A stretch of DNA of 64,000 nt, taken from the NCBI GenBank assembly GCA_965216635.1, contig OZ244188.1, positions 1,440,001-1,504,000 of the forward strand. The letters are read 5' to 3'. Positions 60,065 through 64,000 of this stretch are shown in pieces. The stretch's first letter is position 1. The number at the start of each line of letters is the position of its first letter. This DNA is from a bacterium. Lineage in GTDB: Bacteria; SAR324; XYD2-FULL-50-16; G965216635. Both the position numbers and the translations under genes were made by a program. The notes below the pieces were generated by a model. The model had not been told where the DNA came from, searched no databases, and was given only the letters and a program-made list of their open reading frames with translations.

Positions 60065-60595
60065 ATGGTTTCACAACAAGAAAAAAATGCTCTTTTTTCA
60101 GAGTACATAAAAAAGATGGAAGAAAAAGCTAGGACAGGATCTAGTGATATAATTCCTAATGGAACTATTGAGCATGCTTCTGTGTTGATTGCTTGTCTTT
60201 TTTCTTATGCAAAGAAAAAAATAAACATATTTACAGGTCACCTCAACCCAGAAGTTTATGCAAGTAATGAAGTTATGAAGAGTATAAAGAATGTTTTAAA
60301 TAGAAAAATTAAGATGGAAGTATTAGTGCAGGATAGTATTCTTTTATCTGAAGAAAATAAATTTTTAAAATTTTTAAAAGATAAGGAAGAAATTTTTAAA
60401 ATCAAAGAAATAGATCAAAAAGATAGAGTAAGAAAGAATCATTTTATTACTATAGATGATAGCGCTTTTCGTTTTGAACCAGATAAAAACAAACCTTTAG
60501 GATTAGGCTGTTTTAATAGCCCAGATTTTGTCACACAACTTAATGAAAGATTCGTTGAAATGTTTGGGCGTGGAAAAGAATTAATACCCGAATAA
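60065..60595 (+). CDS. Hypothetical protein, probable PLD-like fold
   Basis: AKKKINIFTGHL...MEVLV...NHFITIDDSAFRFE...FNSP pattern resembles degenerate HKD domains. Confidence 0.55.
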   Translation: MVSQQEKNALFSEYIKKMEEKARTGSSDIIPNGTIEHASVLIACLFSYAKKKINIFTGHLNPEVYASNEVMKSIKNVLNRKIKMEVLVQDSILLSEENKFLKFLKDKEEIFKIKEIDQKDRVRKNHFITIDDSAFRFEPDKNKPLGLGCFNSPDFVTQLNERFVEMFGRGKELIPE

Positions 60596-60598
60596 GAA

Positions 60599-61141
60599 GT
60601 GACTACCAATGGAGAATTTTTACTTATATTAATGGAGATTGCTTTTCTATTGAATCTGGCTGACAGAGTGTATGTTTTGCCTAAATGGGCAAAAGATACT
60701 CAGGAAAGATGTGCAGATATTCTGATAACATTCAAAGCAAAATTTTCTATTACTAAAGAAACTTTAAAAGAAGACGACTTACTTCAACCTGAAGGGGAAA
60801 AATTTTTAAGTTTGGTAGGGGATAGGTCAAGGTACAATTTTTTTTATTATTATGAATGGATTAAAAAGAACACTCCAAGTTTTATTATATTTTTGATAGT
60901 CCTTATTATAGGAGAGGTTCACTATAGTGTTTTTCAATGGGAAACCAATATCCTTTTTAATATTCTTTTTGTTTTTTGCCTTGTTCCTTTTATTTTTAAA
61001 TTTATTGACTACTTGATGGATAAATGGTTTTTATTTGGAGGTCTGAGTAAAATAGAACGTTTAGCAACTATAATTGATAAGAAAACACAGGATATAGAAA
61101 AATTAGAAAATAATTCAAACGAGGATATCAAAAGAACATAA
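60599..61141 (+). CDS. Hypothetical membrane protein (2-3 TM)
   Basis: Hydrophobic segments FIIFLIVLIIG and ILFNILFVFCLVPFIF; starts 3 nt after the previous gene. Confidence 0.6.
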   Translation: MTTNGEFLLILMEIAFLLNLADRVYVLPKWAKDTQERCADILITFKAKFSITKETLKEDDLLQPEGEKFLSLVGDRSRYNFFYYYEWIKKNTPSFIIFLIVLIIGEVHYSVFQWETNILFNILFVFCLVPFIFKFIDYLMDKWFLFGGLSKIERLATIIDKKTQDIEKLENNSNEDIKRT

Positions 61142-61193
61142 AAAAAAATTTTAACGATGTATAGGCTAAATAGAACGCAACTTCAAAAGTCTA
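61141..61193. repeat. Half MITE-like copy 16
   Basis: AACGATGTATAGGCTAAATAGAACGCAACTTCAAAAGTCTA. Confidence 0.75.
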
Positions 61194-61225
61194 TATTAGA
61201 TTAATCCATTTTCAAACTTATCTCA

Positions 61226-63001
61226 ATGAAAATCAATCTCAAAGCCTTACTCATTGTCCTCACTCTTTTAACTACTCTCTATATTTTATTAGGGCAATTC
61301 AATTTTAATCAAAAAAACACTGAAATCTATTACGATAAATTCTTAAACGAGTTGCAAAAAGGAAATATCAGTAAAGTGCAGATCCGAGGAGATAAACTAG
61401 AAGGATTCTTTATTAATTCTCAAGAATTTTTTGTCTACTCACCTTTTGACGAAAGTCTAGTTGCCGAATTAAAAGCCAATAATGTAGCCATAGAGGTAAA
61501 AGAATTTCATAAAAAACCTTGGTATATTAATCTTTTCCTACATTGGGGACCTCTGTTATTTTTGATAGGAATTTGGATTTTTATATTTAGCAGAGGCTCT
61601 GGTGGAGGGAACATGATTTTTTCAATTGGAAAATCTAAAGCAAAAAAAGTCACAGAATCCACGAAAGTAGCATTCAAAGATGTAGCTGGTATAGAAGAGA
61701 CAAAAGAAGAAGTAACAGAAATTGTAGAATTTTTAAAAAATCCTGAAAGATACGCAAAAGTAGGTAGTAAAATACCCAAAGGGGTGATTTTAGTAGGGCC
61801 TCCGGGTACGGGCAAAACTCTTTTAGCAAAAGCTATCGCTGGAGAAGCTCAAGTCCCTTTTTTTAGTATCGCAGGTTCAGAATTTGTGGAAATGTTTGTA
61901 GGAGTTGGTGCGTCTCGCGTCAGAGACCTTTTTCAACAAGCAAAAATGCACAAACCCTGTATTATTTTTATTGATGAAATTGACGCTGTGGGGCGCCAGA
62001 GAGGTTCCGGTTTGGGAAGTGGACACGACGAAAGAGAACAAACTTTAAATCAACTATTAAGCGAATTAGACGGTTTTGAAATCAATCGGGGAGTTATTGT
62101 AATTGCTGCTACTAATAGAATAGATATTTTAGATAAAGCTATTTTGCGACCAGGCCGTTTTGATAGGCACATATATATTCCTTTACCTGATATTGTTTCT
62201 AGAGAAGCCATTTTAGAAGTCCATGCTAAAAAAGTGAAAATGGCTAAAAATATTAATCTCAAAAACATAGCTAAAACAACACACGGGTTTAGTGGAGCTC
62301 AATTAGCTAACTTGATTAATGAAGCCGCACTACATTCCATTAAAAACAATGAAAAAGAAATCTGTCAAGAAAATTTGAATTTTGCGAGAGATAAAGTCGT
62401 TTTAGGTTTAGAGAGAAAATCTATGAAACTTACAATAGAAAATAAAAGAAATATTGCTTACCACGAAGCAGGGCATGCACTAGTAAGTTTTTATCTTAAA
62501 CACGCACATCCTATACATAAAATTAGTATTATTCCGACGGGAATAGGACTAGGAGTAACTACCTTTTTACCAGATAGAGATTACTACACCTACGACAAAG
62601 AACAACTAGAAACAAATATAATTATTGCTATGGGAGGAAAAGCTTCCGAAGAAGTGGCTTTAGCCGAAGCTACTTCCAACGCAGAAGGAGATTTAAAACA
62701 CGCTACTAAATTAGCCTACAATATGGTTTGTAAATGGGGGATGAGTTTTAAGATAGGAGCTTTGTCTGTAGATACTCAAAACGAAGGAGGTTTTATGGAT
62801 TACTACAAATCCCATGCTGTATCAGACAAACTACGCAATGAAATAGATTCTGATGTAGCTTCCTTACTTAAAAACAGCTATGATAAAGCGAAAAAAATCA
62901 TCACAAAGCACCGCAAAAAATTAGATACTCTGGCCAAAAAATTACTAGAAAAAGAAATTATTACTGGTATAGAGTTTAAAAAAATAATCCAATCTTCCTG
63001 A
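61226..63001 (+). CDS. ftsH: ATP-dependent zinc metalloprotease FtsH
   Basis: Two TM segments, [31 protein letters not shown]. Confidence 0.97.
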   Translation: MKINLKALLIVLTLLTTLYILLGQFNFNQKNTEIYYDKFLNELQKGNISKVQIRGDKLEGFFINSQEFFVYSPFDESLVAELKANNVAIEVKEFHKKPWYINLFLHWGPLLFLIGIWIFIFSRGSGGGNMIFSIGKSKAKKVTESTKVAFKDVAGIEETKEEVTEIVEFLKNPERYAKVGSKIPKGVILVGPPGTGKTLLAKAIAGEAQVPFFSIAGSEFVEMFVGVGASRVRDLFQQAKMHKPCIIFIDEIDAVGRQRGSGLGSGHDEREQTLNQLLSELDGFEINRGVIVIAATNRIDILDKAILRPGRFDRHIYIPLPDIVSREAILEVHAKKVKMAKNINLKNIAKTTHGFSGAQLANLINEAALHSIKNNEKEICQENLNFARDKVVLGLERKSMKLTIENKRNIAYHEAGHALVSFYLKHAHPIHKISIIPTGIGLGVTTFLPDRDYYTYDKEQLETNIIIAMGGKASEEVALAEATSNAEGDLKHATKLAYNMVCKWGMSFKIGALSVDTQNEGGFMDYYKSHAVSDKLRNEIDSDVASLLKNSYDKAKKIITKHRKKLDTLAKKLLEKEIITGIEFKKIIQSS

Positions 63002-63870
63002 TGTACAGTCTACTACGACTAATTCCCACGAAACTCCTCACTCAAACAGCTGGTTCTTTAGCTAGTAAAAAATTTCCCCCTCAACTACTACAAAAATTCA
63101 TTCAACTTTATTGCAAAATCTATTCAGTCAACTTAAACGAATCCAAAGGAAAACTAGCGTCTTTTAGTACATTCAACGAATTTTTTACCCGAGATATAAA
63201 CTTTGCCAAAAGAAAAATAGACCACACAGAAAATTCTATTATCTCCCCAGTAGATGGCACATTAATAGGTTTCAGTAAAATTCAAAAAAACAAGCTTTAC
63301 TCAACAAAAGGAGTAGAATTTACTTTAGAAGAACTGGTAGGAACAAAAAACGCAAAAATCTTTAAAAACGGATACTGCATAACTATCTATCTCAGTCCAG
63401 CAGACCACCACCGCATTTATGCTCCCAGTGAAGGAGAAATTTACAATTTTAGCTATTTTTCTGGTGATCTTTGGCCCGTCAATGCACTAGGTTTAAAATT
63501 ATTTCCAAAGCTTTTTTGCATTAACGAAAGACTTCTTTCTTTAATGAAAAACAATAAACACAAAACGACAATCGGCATTTTAAAAATAGGAGCAACCATT
63601 GTAGGTAAAATCAAAACAAAATATACTTCTATAAATCAGTATCACTCTAAAAAATCTAAAATAGATATTCCCTTTAAAAAAACTATCTCAGTAAAAAAAG
63701 CAGAAGCAATCGCACAGTTTGAATTAGGCAGCACAGTTATACTACTTTTTCAAGAAGAATCTTTTTTGCCTAGTAATTTAAAATTAGACTGCAAACTAAG
63801 AGTAGGGCAAAAAATAGGAGAATACAAAATCCTAATGAAAGGTAAAGAAAAGAGAACGCAAAAATCTTAG
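63001..63870 (+). CDS. psd: Phosphatidylserine decarboxylase proenzyme
   Basis: FNEFFTR, SPVDG, YLSPADHH, NER, FELGST. Confidence 0.94.
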   Translation: MYSLLRLIPTKLLTQTAGSLASKKFPPQLLQKFIQLYCKIYSVNLNESKGKLASFSTFNEFFTRDINFAKRKIDHTENSIISPVDGTLIGFSKIQKNKLYSTKGVEFTLEELVGTKNAKIFKNGYCITIYLSPADHHRIYAPSEGEIYNFSYFSGDLWPVNALGLKLFPKLFCINERLLSLMKNNKHKTTIGILKIGATIVGKIKTKYTSINQYHSKKSKIDIPFKKTISVKKAEAIAQFELGSTVILLFQEESFLPSNLKLDCKLRVGQKIGEYKILMKGKEKRTQKS

Positions 63871-64000
63871 AGAATATACGGGGAAACTTTTGAAGTTTAG
63901 CATTTTAGTTTGACTATAAGGTGTTACTCAAAATTTTGAGGACTAATTTCAGGCAAAGCCAAAAGCAGTTTATGAATGCTTGCCACTTGCTTTTTGATAG

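Noticed and set aside
1457..62268. Other short antisense or alternate-frame ORFs in the track
   Set aside because: Nested within well-supported genes and without recognisable motifs.

Overview
AT-rich bacterial chromosomal window. The housekeeping genes look Gram-negative and possibly deltaproteobacterial/SAR324-like; this is inference only. The core genes are yajC-secD-secF-argS, trpG-trpD, three tRNAs, clpB, lnt-pgi, nuoH-nuoI, ftsW, holA-ychF, urate catabolism genes, metZ, msbA-like, parA-parB-bactofilin, gyrA, a proXWV-like ABC transporter, ftsH and psd, and several are separated from their usual operons. Accessory content includes three restriction-modification loci and three small defence-like gene pairs or remnants. 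One RM locus has a frameshifted endonuclease and is flanked by a 77-bp direct repeat. About 16 copies of a modular, nested palindromic MITE-like element occupy intergenic spaces and often supply or abut stop codons. The strongest candidate for an undescribed system is a family of three paralogous predicted outer-membrane beta-barrel genes. They have near-identical barrel blocks, two hypervariable Thr-stalked extensions and mosaic sharing of segments, and one gene is bracketed by directly repeated, variable-copy GTAG-REP/REPIN arrays. This suggests recombination-driven surface variation. No CRISPR array, reverse transcriptase, integrase or transposase gene was seen. All protein calls come from motif recognition, not database searches.
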